IMG/VR virus record: IMGVR_UViG_3300000976_000008
Coordinates: 47,223-111,222 of that record
Strand: one strand, 5' to 3'
Source: a virus
Taxonomy: Duplodnaviria > Heunggongvirae > Uroviricota > Caudoviricetes
Length of the DNA stretch: 64,000 nucleotides
A model generated the notes under the pieces. It saw only the letters and a list, made by a program, of their open reading frames with translations, did not search any database and was not told the origin of the DNA. Below, in pieces: positions 36,513 to 46,081 of the stretch. The translations under genes and the position numbers were made by a program. Position 1 is the stretch's first letter, and each line of letters starts with the position of its first letter.

Positions 36513-36762
36513 TTATCAAAACTACCGTAGGAGAATAAATCATGTCATTGACAAGTATCACAAACGTTTCGTCACAAACTGTACCAATTCTGCTGCATAA
36601 TATCCCACTCGAAAGTGCGATCGCAGGCTCAAGTTTGCCATCACATTTGGCACAACAATTGTCTATAGCACCTGGTGCCGAAATAGAAGTCGAAAGTTCA
36701 CGAATCGATCTTGCTCAACTTGAGCAATTGCAAAAGCTACGATTACTTACTTTCGTCAGACG

Positions 36763-37254
36763 CTAAGATAGTTCAAACAGGACGAACCTATCGTCCAAGT
36801 ATGTTCTCAGTATAGGCAGAACATCATCGGGATCAAGGTTCCCATTCCCACACCCTGGGAGTGGGAGACCTACCTCTTTTAAATTGAACTCGTCCTCGAT
36901 GTTATCAACAAGTGCGGATAATTGCATGGTTGATCGCTTAATCAATTCTAAGCAAGAATCACTCCGCCAAGAAAGCCAAGGCTTCTCTTCATTAAATGGC
37001 TTGGTCGGAAATAGAAAAAGATTCGAATCAGAATCGTAACATACAGCAGTAGCTGCACATTCCAGCTTACAAATAGTACCATACCACGCTGGTAAATGCG
37101 GATACCTCTTTGCAGCTTCTTTAGCAATACCAGCACCCATCGGATTACAACCATCTTTTTTCCAACCGATATTTGTGGTAATCATCGCAGGATAACCTTC
37201 ATCATGCAAAGACCACAAATCTCCAGCGGCTTCAAGCATAAGGACAATCTCCAA
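36763..37254 (-). CDS. Macro-domain-like protein (ADP-ribose binding/processing)
   Basis: ITTNIGWKKDGCNPMGAGIAKEAAKRYP and LPLPGCGNGNL resemble the two macro-domain Gly-rich motifs. Confidence 0.4.
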   Translation of the reverse strand: MEIVLMLEAAGDLWSLHDEGYPAMITTNIGWKKDGCNPMGAGIAKEAAKRYPHLPAWYGTICKLECAATAVCYDSDSNLFLFPTKPFNEEKPWLSWRSDSCLELIKRSTMQLSALVDNIEDEFNLKEVGLPLPGCGNGNLDPDDVLPILRTYLDDRFVLFELS

Positions 37255-37888
37255 TATACCGATCCAAATCTATTTCTAAATTTGGATAATAATTTCTAAT
37301 GACGTCAGTTTCAACAGACACAACCCTGTTCAAAAGCTCTGGTGTATACTTAGCCCAATAACTTGAGGAGAATCCACCCATAGAAGACGAATTCTGATTT
37401 TCATAACTTCTAAACACATCCTCATCAAATTCTTCACCCGCCAAGTGTAAAGCTTCAACCATATCATCAACAATATTCTCTGTCGTTGCTACATAGTCAG
37501 CTGGGTGAACGCTCGATTTATTATACAAATCATATAGCCAATTTACCCATCCATCTGGTCTAAATTTCAGAACATTATCCACAAATGAGGGGAAGTCGTT
37601 ACTACAACAATTTAGATCGAGTGGGTGCTTGCTATGCCAACCATTCTTGACTCTAAAGCACCATCTAGATTGATACCACGATAATGGATGACGAACTATT
37701 GTAAAAACAAAGCGGTCATCAAACCATTCTTCATCTTTACCTAATTCAACCATCTTATCGATGCCACCATGCTGGTCACCGAATTCGGCCAATTTGACGC
37801 CAGCGGCCAACGCAGCTTGTTTGAACCACGTACCACCAGTCTTTGGTATATGCAGAAATACAGCACCGTTTTCGAGGATAAGTGGCAT
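37232..37888 (-). CDS. Sulfotransferase-family protein
   Basis: FLHIPKTGGTWF is the 5'-PSB (PAPS-binding) motif of the sulfotransferase fold. Confidence 0.6.
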   Translation of the reverse strand: MPLILENGAVFLHIPKTGGTWFKQAALAAGVKLAEFGDQHGGIDKMVELGKDEEWFDDRFVFTIVRHPLSWYQSRWCFRVKNGWHSKHPLDLNCCSNDFPSFVDNVLKFRPDGWVNWLYDLYNKSSVHPADYVATTENIVDDMVEALHLAGEEFDEDVFRSYENQNSSSMGGFSSSYWAKYTPELLNRVVSVETDVIRNYYPNLEIDLDRYIGDCPYA

Positions 37889-38835
37889 TAGGCAACCATC
37901 AACTCTGCTTCAGCATCAAAACCAACAGCCCGCAGTAATGTGCTCATCCTATGGTGATATGTGTGGTCAGCCAATACTTCCGATCGTTGCTGCTGGGCTA
38001 ACTCTATTCGTTCTCTATCAGACACATCCTTCGACCAATGAACACATTTGTCGACGAAATCTTCAGGGCTCGATGAAACCACCGCAGAAGGTATCAAATT
38101 CTTCAAATTTGGAACAGAATCATGAACTATCAAAGCTCCGCATATCGCGAGTTTAAAAGCTCTCTCTGGAATATCGATACCATACATTTGAGTATGTTGT
38201 TCAGAGATACATGGACCAACTTTGCCAGAATTTAAAAATGCGTTTGCACGATCAGTCGCAAGAACACCCTCACAAACACCATCGGGCCAATCGCCCCATC
38301 CATGGGTTTTAGACACAACATCTTCTCTACTCAAGAGAGGGAGAAGATAAGTATCGATAGTCTTAGCTTTATATGGCCATCTGCCTCCTAAGTAGACAAT
38401 ATCATTCGGTTTGTCTTCATATTCCACGATAGAGCTAAAAAATATGCGATCCGCAGCTGTTGGCATTGGAACCCATTTGATTCCTGAATCTTCCCATCCG
38501 GACCAAACAATCCTATCACCCTCATGACCATATCCAAACACAGCATCTGGATTTTGATTCATGACCCACGTAACGGTCTGTTCCTCTTCCATGATGCCAG
38601 GTATAGTAACAGGACCTTTAGGATTAACATGAATAACTATTTTAGCGTCTGATTTCGGAATTGGCTGTTTATGACCAGAGCAACCAATATATAAATCTGG
38701 GCGAAAATCACGCCACGATTTCTCTATCCCATCCCATCTGCGAACTTCATGGCCCTTATCCATGAGAGCAGATGCCCAACCATCGCTTATATAACCGAAT
38801 GCTCCGCCAGGACGATGGCATAATAGAATTTTCAA
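37888..38835 (-). CDS. Hypothetical protein in the glycan cluster
   Basis: 315-aa ORF translationally coupled to its neighbours. Confidence 0.35.
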   Translation of the reverse strand: MKILLCHRPGGAFGYISDGWASALMDKGHEVRRWDGIEKSWRDFRPDLYIGCSGHKQPIPKSDAKIVIHVNPKGPVTIPGIMEEEQTVTWVMNQNPDAVFGYGHEGDRIVWSGWEDSGIKWVPMPTAADRIFFSSIVEYEDKPNDIVYLGGRWPYKAKTIDTYLLPLLSREDVVSKTHGWGDWPDGVCEGVLATDRANAFLNSGKVGPCISEQHTQMYGIDIPERAFKLAICGALIVHDSVPNLKNLIPSAVVSSSPEDFVDKCVHWSKDVSDRERIELAQQQRSEVLADHTYHHRMSTLLRAVGFDAEAELMVA

Positions 38836-40757
38836 GTTTTTCTCCCGAGAAATTCGCTATAACCATTCTTTCTCAATTGGTTATATTGCTTTGAAATTCT
38901 CGTGTTCATATCTAGTGATTTAAGGGATGATTCAATATCTCTATTTATTTTGTGGTGATCATCCCAACCTTCAACACGTCCATGCCACATATGAAGAAAA
39001 TCGAATATACGGTTCTCTTTCCACGACCTAGAAGCCAGCCTAGAATAAAAGTCACAGTCTTCGCAGCCATAGCCCCAAAAATCTTCATTGAAAGCACCAC
39101 ACTGCCAATAGGCACTTACAGTGCAAGCTAATGATCCGCCCTCAAAGTAACCTACAACTCTTTCACATTTGCAGGATTTGTCAATTTCTCCAGTGATATT
39201 AATCTGTTCTGCAGAGCTTTGAGTTGTATAAACAACAGTCCCACCAAGGTGACAAGCCTCTACTTCGTCGAGTGTTTCAAATACCTTGGTTGTATAATCG
39301 CCTTGAACCAACATATCAGCATCGTGTAAGATGACACTCCTGGTTTCGACTTTTGAAACTCCAAGATTAAACGCAAGAGACTTATTGAACAATTTATTAC
39401 TAGAACCATCAGCAAAATGGTAGTCAACTGGATCATAATTCTCAATCTCGATCCTACTTTGAGAATCTTGTTCAACCAAGATTATTTCAATGCTTGGAAA
39501 TCGTTGAGATCGGATATTGGAAACCACAGTTCTAATAGATTCATCCCGACCAATATTTCTCAATGGAATCACATAAGAAATAGCCGGAACTTCAGATTTT
39601 TCGGTTGGAGCAGATGCTTTAGATTCTCGATTTGCGAATAACTTTTTTGAACCTTTGAGAAGATCAGCTCGATCTTCGACAGCAGAAAAATCATCGTGTA
39701 TCTTAAAATAACTCGATGATCCTTCGACATCAAAGAAGCCTTCGCTCTGTAGATCGAATTCCCACGCTCTCATAGACCAATCTACATGTTCCATTCCATA
39801 TAAACCATATGACTCGTCAAAATGACCAGAACGTAAAAGCATCTCATTAGTGAATGCTAATACCGCCCCTTGCGGTTTCTTGTCATTCATCCTTAAAGAG
39901 ATCTCATCATTTTGAACGATCTCTCCAAGGCTGGCACCATAAACACCTGGTTGACGATAAATTAAATGGTGCATACCAGTTTTATACATGACTTCAGGAT
40001 AGAAATATTCCCACGTTGGTTGTAAAACTTCCACATCATCATTCAACAATAGGCAATTTTTAAATCGAGATAAGCATCTCAAAAGCCTATTGGTGTTAAC
40101 AGCTATGCCGCCTCTCTCGGGGTTCCTTAGAATAACAAAATTCTTGTCTTTAGAAAGTGCGTCAAGATAATCGATGGTTTCTTGTTCGGTGCTGCCATCA
40201 TCACTGATGAAAACAGTTGTCTTCTTCAAATTGGTGAATTTGACGATCGAACCGATCAATCGCTTGAGAGAAGAAGCTCTATTGTAAGAGAGGATACCCA
40301 CACCGATATTATTACTGAGTGGGAAAATATTAGAGTCCAAATTCTTCTGCAGAAGCTCATTTGGATCTACTGACAAACGCTTGCCAACTACAAATTTGTT
40401 TGTCTTTGGTGTTTCTAGGCTTTGTTTCCTCTTTATGCGAGAAGCATTTACTATCTTTCTCGCTTTTTGTATATTAATTTGTTTGCGAATATTGTCATTG
40501 CCAAGTTGAGCACTATTTTTCGGCTTCCTTGGTATTTTCTTTTGCCGCACTTGACCTAAAGTAAGTTGCTGCGGCTTTTTCTTCATAGACACTTGCGAAG
40601 GTGTAGAATCTTTTGTTCTTCTGATAAATCCTCTTGAGCAGTATCGATCAAAATATTCGGATAACAAAATCCTCTGCCTAGACTTAATCCGAACAGTTTT
40701 ACCATCTTCGCCAGTCAAATGAACCGTATGAGAATTGTGGTTGATATACTCTGGCAC
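38832..40757 (-). CDS. Two-domain family-2 glycosyltransferase
   Basis: Two GT2-type modules are present: ILSYNRASSL...VFISDDGSTEQ and ISYVIPLRNIGRDE...EIILVEQDS. Confidence 0.6.
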   Translation of the reverse strand: MPEYINHNSHTVHLTGEDGKTVRIKSRQRILLSEYFDRYCSRGFIRRTKDSTPSQVSMKKKPQQLTLGQVRQKKIPRKPKNSAQLGNDNIRKQINIQKARKIVNASRIKRKQSLETPKTNKFVVGKRLSVDPNELLQKNLDSNIFPLSNNIGVGILSYNRASSLKRLIGSIVKFTNLKKTTVFISDDGSTEQETIDYLDALSKDKNFVILRNPERGGIAVNTNRLLRCLSRFKNCLLLNDDVEVLQPTWEYFYPEVMYKTGMHHLIYRQPGVYGASLGEIVQNDEISLRMNDKKPQGAVLAFTNEMLLRSGHFDESYGLYGMEHVDWSMRAWEFDLQSEGFFDVEGSSSYFKIHDDFSAVEDRADLLKGSKKLFANRESKASAPTEKSEVPAISYVIPLRNIGRDESIRTVVSNIRSQRFPSIEIILVEQDSQSRIEIENYDPVDYHFADGSSNKLFNKSLAFNLGVSKVETRSVILHDADMLVQGDYTTKVFETLDEVEACHLGGTVVYTTQSSAEQINITGEIDKSCKCERVVGYFEGGSLACTVSAYWQCGAFNEDFWGYGCEDCDFYSRLASRSWKENRIFDFLHMWHGRVEGWDDHHKINRDIESSLKSLDMNTRISKQYNQLRKNGYSEFLGRKT

Positions 40758-41404
40758 TATCTTCTAACCTCAGAATACAAAGGGCTAAAAACGTTTGCAT
40801 CAGGATCATGATACATCCGAAATTTGCTTGGTTTAATAAGCAAATCGCCTTCATAAGAACCAGTACCCCTTTCGATGTACTCTAGAGATCTTTCATCAAT
40901 TATTTCAATTTTCAAAACTTCTTGAGTACGAATCAACTTCCCAAAAATATCTTGAATCATGCCCGGACCAACGAATTTATTCAGTGAAACCTGAACATCT
41001 ACAAGAAAAAGACCTTCATCGTCGATACCAAAAAAGAATTGGGCTTGCTCTACACCAATCAAGCTCACTGATTTGAACAATTTAAGAGCATCATCACTCT
41101 TCAAAAAATCAGAAGCTAAATCAGCAAGAGGCGATTTGGCCATCAGATCAATTGAATTACCAGACCAATCACCACATATGACAGCAGCTTGATCTTTTTT
41201 GGGTTCTCTATACAAAAGCAACGATAACCCATTATCACCAGGATGCTTCAATATGTAAGAAAACAGATCCTTTGCATTTCTTACATCTAGAAGCTTTGGG
41301 TATTCAAGCAAACTCGGCAGTTCAGAATTTCTAATTGGTACATCAGATATACCAGACTGCTGAGGGGGGATTTTGGTTTTGTCTTTGAATCGCGAATGTA
41401 CCAT
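40757..41404 (-). CDS. Hypothetical protein
   Basis: 215-aa ORF. Confidence 0.35.
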   Translation of the reverse strand: MVHSRFKDKTKIPPQQSGISDVPIRNSELPSLLEYPKLLDVRNAKDLFSYILKHPGDNGLSLLLYREPKKDQAAVICGDWSGNSIDLMAKSPLADLASDFLKSDDALKLFKSVSLIGVEQAQFFFGIDDEGLFLVDVQVSLNKFVGPGMIQDIFGKLIRTQEVLKIEIIDERSLEYIERGTGSYEGDLLIKPSKFRMYHDPDANVFSPLYSEVRR

Positions 41405-41660
41405 TAGAAGAAGTCCGAATCTTACTTAATTTTACTTTTTTCGTTTCTGATTCTTGTTCTTCATCAGTAAAATTAAAGAGAAGATAAGGAACTCCAGAAA
41501 AGACTATAGATATCTCATTAGATTCAGGATCAAAGTTGGTAACCACTCCATGCCAAGTTGTGATCCAGCCGGACCAGACAACATAATCGCCATATTGCGG
41601 CGAATATTTTTTCCTATCAAGATACTGAGCTAGTGGTGGTAGATCTACTTCCATTTTCAA
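41343..41660 (-). CDS. Hypothetical protein
   Basis: 105-aa ORF. Confidence 0.3.
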   Translation of the reverse strand: MKMEVDLPPLAQYLDRKKYSPQYGDYVVWSGWITTWHGVVTNFDPESNEISIVFSGVPYLLFNFTDEEQESETKKVKLSKIRTSSNGTFAIQRQNQNPPSAVWYI

Positions 41661-42144
41661 CTCTCGTCAGTTTGTGCTCGAAAATGTCATACTTATATTT
41701 AAAACCATCGAGATCCCAGCAGATATTAATACCATCCCTGTACCCGCCAGTCCACTGACTAATCAATGGATCGACCCAACTTCTACCACTAGCTCCTCCG
41801 CTACCAACCGGAATATTTCTCATCGCAACACCATTGATTTCAACAGGTTGCCCAATATCTTCGAATTCTTTTTGAGCATCGATCCTATTCTGAATGATAC
41901 TCAAGCCATCTACTAACATATCTCTCTTACTTCGAGATTTAGTATTGGCTCTAACTTCGTAAGTTTTACCTTCGAATTCCAAATTGGTCGCAATTTCGAT
42001 ATTTTCTTGTTGTGGATTTTTCTTAGGGTCTAGTTCTGCTACAACCCTTTTAATATCTTGAACATTCCGCACCACAACAGGATCGAGAATATTCTTACTC
42101 AATCTTTGAGCTTCTCTTGCTTTGGCTCTATCTAGTTGTTCCAT
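41617..42144 (-). CDS. Hypothetical protein
   Basis: 175-aa ORF. Confidence 0.35.
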   Translation of the reverse strand: MEQLDRAKAREAQRLSKNILDPVVVRNVQDIKRVVAELDPKKNPQQENIEIATNLEFEGKTYEVRANTKSRSKRDMLVDGLSIIQNRIDAQKEFEDIGQPVEINGVAMRNIPVGSGGASGRSWVDPLISQWTGGYRDGINICWDLDGFKYKYDIFEHKLTRVENGSRSTTTSSVS

Positions 42145-42145
42145 C

Positions 42146-42592
42146 TCAATCTCCCTTTAACGTCTCAACCAGATCAGATTCAGAATCTGATTCAGAATCC
42201 TTACTCAAGCTTAAAGCAATATCGTACGTCTTGACTCTACCTTTTCTCAACAATTCATAAGAAACATGAATCATATTAGAAAGACGGTGAATCAAGAATG
42301 TGTGGCATACCCAATTTATGAAAGGATTGGGAATTATAATAAATGAGAACAATGCAAAGAACGCAGCGACCCAAACACTAAAACAATAACCACATGAAAT
42401 GAGTCTATGAAAGAAGACAATTGATCTATGCTTTAAATCATTCCTAGGTGTGTCTGGTAATGCGATTCTAGCGACCATTTCTCTGATATCAGAGAACAAT
42501 GGAAATTCAGAATCGACCATTATCTCAGTTACAGCTTCTGTCGCCATAGCCAAAACAATTATTGTGAAAGCAGCTAGGAGGACAATTGTCAT
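42146..42592 (-). CDS. Membrane protein
   Basis: 148-aa ORF with several hydrophobic helices. Confidence 0.35.
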   Translation of the reverse strand: MTIVLLAAFTIIVLAMATEAVTEIMVDSEFPLFSDIREMVARIALPDTPRNDLKHRSIVFFHRLISCGYCFSVWVAAFFALFSFIIIPNPFINWVCHTFLIHRLSNMIHVSYELLRKGRVKTYDIALSLSKDSESDSESDLVETLKGD

Positions 42593-42846
42593 TTGACGAT
42601 ACGCCTACAATTAACATTACTACATTGTTGTCGTTCACGCCCACCAATATTTACGAGCATTGTTGGGTATCCGCATTCAGTGCATCGTGAACGGGGAACA
42701 ACATTTTGTCTAGTAATACTAATTTTGCGATCGTTGCTTGGGGTCCTACTAATTCTTTGGACCTTGACTGTCTTATCGCGAGTAACGGATTTCGGCTTGA
42801 TCTTCTGGGATCTTATATTCTTCTTACCACCGCTACAGCATCCCAT
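42589..42846 (-). CDS. Small basic protein with an N-terminal MGCCSGG motif and a C-terminal zinc ribbon
   Basis: The N-terminus is MGCCSGGKK. The C-terminus has CTECG...CSNVNC. Confidence 0.4.
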   Translation of the reverse strand: MGCCSGGKKNIRSQKIKPKSVTRDKTVKVQRISRTPSNDRKISITRQNVVPRSRCTECGYPTMLVNIGGRERQQCSNVNCRRIVK

Positions 42847-42856
42847 GATTCCGCTT

Positions 42857-43009
42857 TCAAGATTTAGGTCGCAAAGATGCGATCAACTTATTCAACGAGT
42901 TTTTCGATCCAAGATGTTGAACTCGCCTTGTCCTAGCGACTTTTTGCGAAGAAACAGTAGGAACTCTGACAACTTTGATAGCAGAAGGAGTACCACCACA
43001 GCAAGACAT
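42857..43009 (-). CDS. Small basic protein with an N-terminal MSCCGG motif, paralogous to the downstream gene
   Basis: The internal start ATG at 43009 is preceded by GAGGTG. The product begins MSCCGGTPSAIKVVRV. The ORF track's upstream-extended start is probably spurious. Confidence 0.35.
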   Translation of the reverse strand: MSCCGGTPSAIKVVRVPTVSSQKVARTRRVQHLGSKNSLNKLIASLRPKS

Positions 43010-43022
43010 TTCACACCTCATT

Positions 43023-43694
43023 TTAATTTTGTACGAATATCGAATCAGCATCGACATACGCACCAAAATCCTTCCAACGGCAGATATAGCACGGTGAAAG
43101 ATTCATAGAATGCATTACTTTATTTTTACTGGAGTGTGCAATATTCTTCGTGACTTCACCGCAAAAAGAGAAAGCGTTGAACGCTAAATGCGGAAACCAA
43201 ATATCCTTAGATTGATCCCAATTATCTGGAAGTGTAATCCCAGGTTTAGGTTTAATCGTGCCATCTAGAAATGGTTTCTGATCGACCGCAATCCAATCCC
43301 AACTTGGATTAGGTTTAAAAAATAATAATGGGAATTTATCCTTGCCAGTTTTGGTCGTCAACAAATGGGCATCATAACAAGTCTGGTGCCACCATTTTGT
43401 GAATTTCTGATTTCCGGCAGTATTACCTAGTAAACTATCGAAGCTGAAGCCTTTTTCCTTCTTGGCTTCAATAGCAAATATTATTTCTCCCTCAACAGGA
43501 ATGACGTCAGCAACACCTTCAACGACGGACACATCGTCGCCTCTCCCTTCAACTCTTCTCCGACGAAACTCTTTGCCCGACCATTCGCTCAAGAGTTTTT
43601 TCACACGCCTTTCGTGAGCTTTCGCGGTACTCACGTTAGATTTCCCAATCTTGGAAAATTTCTTACGTTGTTCTTCGGTCATTTCAGCCATCAT
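43023..43694 (-). CDS. Putative Hjc/restriction-endonuclease-like (PD-(D/E)xK) nuclease
   Basis: AHERRVKKLLSEWSG...GRGDDVSVV...ADVIPVEGEIIFAIEAKKEKG follows the G.ER...L...G...R.G..DV......E....IEVK pattern. Confidence 0.4.
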   Translation of the reverse strand: MMAEMTEEQRKKFSKIGKSNVSTAKAHERRVKKLLSEWSGKEFRRRRVEGRGDDVSVVEGVADVIPVEGEIIFAIEAKKEKGFSFDSLLGNTAGNQKFTKWWHQTCYDAHLLTTKTGKDKFPLLFFKPNPSWDWIAVDQKPFLDGTIKPKPGITLPDNWDQSKDIWFPHLAFNAFSFCGEVTKNIAHSSKNKVMHSMNLSPCYICRWKDFGAYVDADSIFVQN

Positions 43695-43710
43695 ATTCCC
43701 AATTTTATTA

Positions 43711-44475
43711 CTATATACTCCTTAATTTTGGATCAAATAACCATTGGACAAAACCGAGGCGTTCTCGACCATTGCTAGGTGTAACACTGTGATATGCAGG
43801 ATTATTCTGAAAATTGCATATGAATAATTTATTATATGATGGTATAATTTGATCTATCAGAATTAAATCATGCTCTTTACCATCTGGAAATCCACCACCA
43901 GGAGTCTTTGTGCGGATTCTATCATTCTCATTCAAGAAATCTAGTCTACCAGAAGGTGCCTCAAAAACAGGAGTATCAGGATTTGCATCATCAACTTTCC
44001 ATAACTGGAGTATGCCCCCATCATCCGAAAGCCACCTTTTATTGAAATAACAAATCGCCACAAGGGATCTGATAGTGCTATCCGTATGAATCCAAAATCC
44101 GTCTGCCATGGGTCGATGATAACGTAATTTGATTTCTGTGCCAATCGGTTCTTGTAATTCAGCACTAGTCAAATAACAACAGTATTCTTGCCATTCTTCA
44201 TTGTAGAATAATTCAGAACCAAAATGATTTTCTTGAGCGAATACAACAGACCCATCATATGGCAACAATGTTCCATCCTTGGTAATTCTATCGTTCGCTT
44301 CGCTGAATTTTAGAGTTTTATGCTGTTCAATTAATTGTTCTAGTTTTTCTTCTCGAAAGAAATCATCAAGAACAGCGTATTTGATTATTGGTTTTATGGC
44401 GATCGAATCACGAATCGATTCTACTACATGTGGGTCTAAATATTTAGGATTAACCCACTCATCTATTATCGCCAT
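43711..44475 (-). CDS. 2OG-Fe(II) oxygenase superfamily protein
   Basis: An HxD...H arrangement is present (WIHTDS ... PAYHSV), with surrounding double-stranded beta-helix fold hallmarks. Confidence 0.5.
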   Translation of the reverse strand: MAIIDEWVNPKYLDPHVVESIRDSIAIKPIIKYAVLDDFFREEKLEQLIEQHKTLKFSEANDRITKDGTLLPYDGSVVFAQENHFGSELFYNEEWQEYCCYLTSAELQEPIGTEIKLRYHRPMADGFWIHTDSTIRSLVAICYFNKRWLSDDGGILQLWKVDDANPDTPVFEAPSGRLDFLNENDRIRTKTPGGGFPDGKEHDLILIDQIIPSYNKLFICNFQNNPAYHSVTPSNGRERLGFVQWLFDPKLRSI

Positions 44476-45160
44476 GAAACTTACTCGCTTCTTTCCAATT
44501 ACTTATATGTGTCGGTATCTTAGCACCACCGGGAGTAAGACCTTTGAAATAATCCAGATCTTTTTTGTAATCAGGACGATTCCGTTTACGTCTCCATTCT
44601 TCATGCCCAGCCGGATATCCATCTATAAACTGCATTTCAGCAGCACCAGCAGAACCACGGTATAAGAAAATTTGAGCTATTGGTTGGCCCATGTAAACAG
44701 TAAAATCGCATGGTTGATTTAGAATGAAAACTAAACCAAAATGTCCAACATTCCACCATGCCTCTATCACAGCTTCCATACATGAAAAAGGAGTACACCT
44801 CTCATTGGGAATACCCTTCACATAAACGAAGTCACCGGGATCATCAGTTACTGGTATGAATTTAGCCTGAACAGTGAACCCACCGAAACTCGCATGATCA
44901 TCAACATCGTAGTGACTACTTTTCTCAATATGATGAATCACAGCACGGCGGTGCTTATCTCCATCCCATGTGACTCTGAAAGTTCCTGGTGATCTGATAT
45001 AATATCCTAAGCTATTGGCCATAATGAGCGGCAAACAATGGCGTGCATGGTTCTTGGTTGCTCTATTATCTTCAAACCACTTCTTGTTCCTTGTAGCTTT
45101 AATAGGAACCAGACTCTTGTCAAAATCTGGAGACAAATGGAATTTTATTTGATTACCCAT
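44459..45160 (-). CDS. Hypothetical protein, possibly a second cupin/oxygenase-like
   Basis: 233-aa ORF with HYDVDDH and later His residues. Confidence 0.3.
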   Translation of the reverse strand: MGNQIKFHLSPDFDKSLVPIKATRNKKWFEDNRATKNHARHCLPLIMANSLGYYIRSPGTFRVTWDGDKHRRAVIHHIEKSSHYDVDDHASFGGFTVQAKFIPVTDDPGDFVYVKGIPNERCTPFSCMEAVIEAWWNVGHFGLVFILNQPCDFTVYMGQPIAQIFLYRGSAGAAEMQFIDGYPAGHEEWRRKRNRPDYKKDLDYFKGLTPGGAKIPTHISNWKEASKFHGDNR

Positions 45161-46002
45161 TAAGCAAGCTTTTTGAATGGCGGAACTAGGTTAGGACCTT
45201 CTTGCATCATCCCATTAACCTTATATTTCATCGTAAGATCATTTATTTCTTTCGATGAAAAAGCCACTTCTTCAGCAAATTTCTTTTGAATATACAATCT
45301 ATTCGCTAAAAGTTTGGGACAAAGACTTAAATCAATAAGCAACATATTGAACCCGAAAGTTCTTCTGCCATTAGCCTTCAAGAATTTGTGTAATTCTCCC
45401 AGATCAGCCAACAATTTCGCACTCTTTTTAGGACCGATACCTTTATAACCGACAATCGAGTCCGCTTTATCGCCCACTAAAGATTTCTGCAGAACAGGAC
45501 TTATCGTCGGTGTTTCTACATCCTCTTTGCGATGTGGATGGTAGACTTTCGAACTTGAAAAACGAAAAGGAATCTGCGTCATATCACTATCAGTTGAAAC
45601 AATCACTGACGGATAAGGATGCAATTGCTCAACAGCGGAATAGATCAGATCATCCGCTTCCATCGTATCACGTGAATATTGCCTAACATTCATATGTTCA
45701 AGAAATTTCATTGCTACTTCGGTGGTTGACGATAGCTCTGCAGAAATGTCTTCGATATTAGGGTTATTATCTCTATCCTTATAAGTAGGATGTAACTTTC
45801 GTCTCCAAACAGTCTTTCTGGGTGCATCCCAAAAAACGTGCACAGAAACAGGATCATGAATTCTTATGAAACTTGTCAATTGACGAAGAAAGATCACAAA
45901 ATAGTGATATTTAACATCATATCGCCTATCATTCTTCGTAGCAAAAATAGCACGATACATGATATTTCTGGCATCGATTAACAAAGCTGGTCTAGCACTC
46001 AT
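45160..46002 (-). CDS. rnh: 5'-3' exonuclease / flap endonuclease (T4 RNase H homolog)
   Basis: LLIDARNIMYRA, EADDLIY, STDSDMTQI and the H3TH motif GYKGIGPKKSAKLL align to T4 RNase H ICLIDFSQIA / EADDHIA / SSDGDFTQL. Confidence 0.85.
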   Translation of the reverse strand: MSARPALLIDARNIMYRAIFATKNDRRYDVKYHYFVIFLRQLTSFIRIHDPVSVHVFWDAPRKTVWRRKLHPTYKDRDNNPNIEDISAELSSTTEVAMKFLEHMNVRQYSRDTMEADDLIYSAVEQLHPYPSVIVSTDSDMTQIPFRFSSSKVYHPHRKEDVETPTISPVLQKSLVGDKADSIVGYKGIGPKKSAKLLADLGELHKFLKANGRRTFGFNMLLIDLSLCPKLLANRLYIQKKFAEEVAFSSKEINDLTMKYKVNGMMQEGPNLVPPFKKLA

Positions 46003-46081
46003 AGCAAACCTTACATAGCAGTGGCCCGGTTAACCGGGCCACTGCGTCTCATAATAAGAGAAGTCGCTTCACTCCAATCTC

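Noticed and set aside
42589-42846. MGCCSGG N-terminus read as a eukaryotic myristoylation/palmitoylation signal, implying a eukaryotic virus
   Set aside because: The window encodes a contractile tail sheath, bacterial-type RecA/DnaB, tRNAs with bacterial features and Shine-Dalgarno-like sites. A phage origin is far better supported, and the motif resemblance is likely coincidental.
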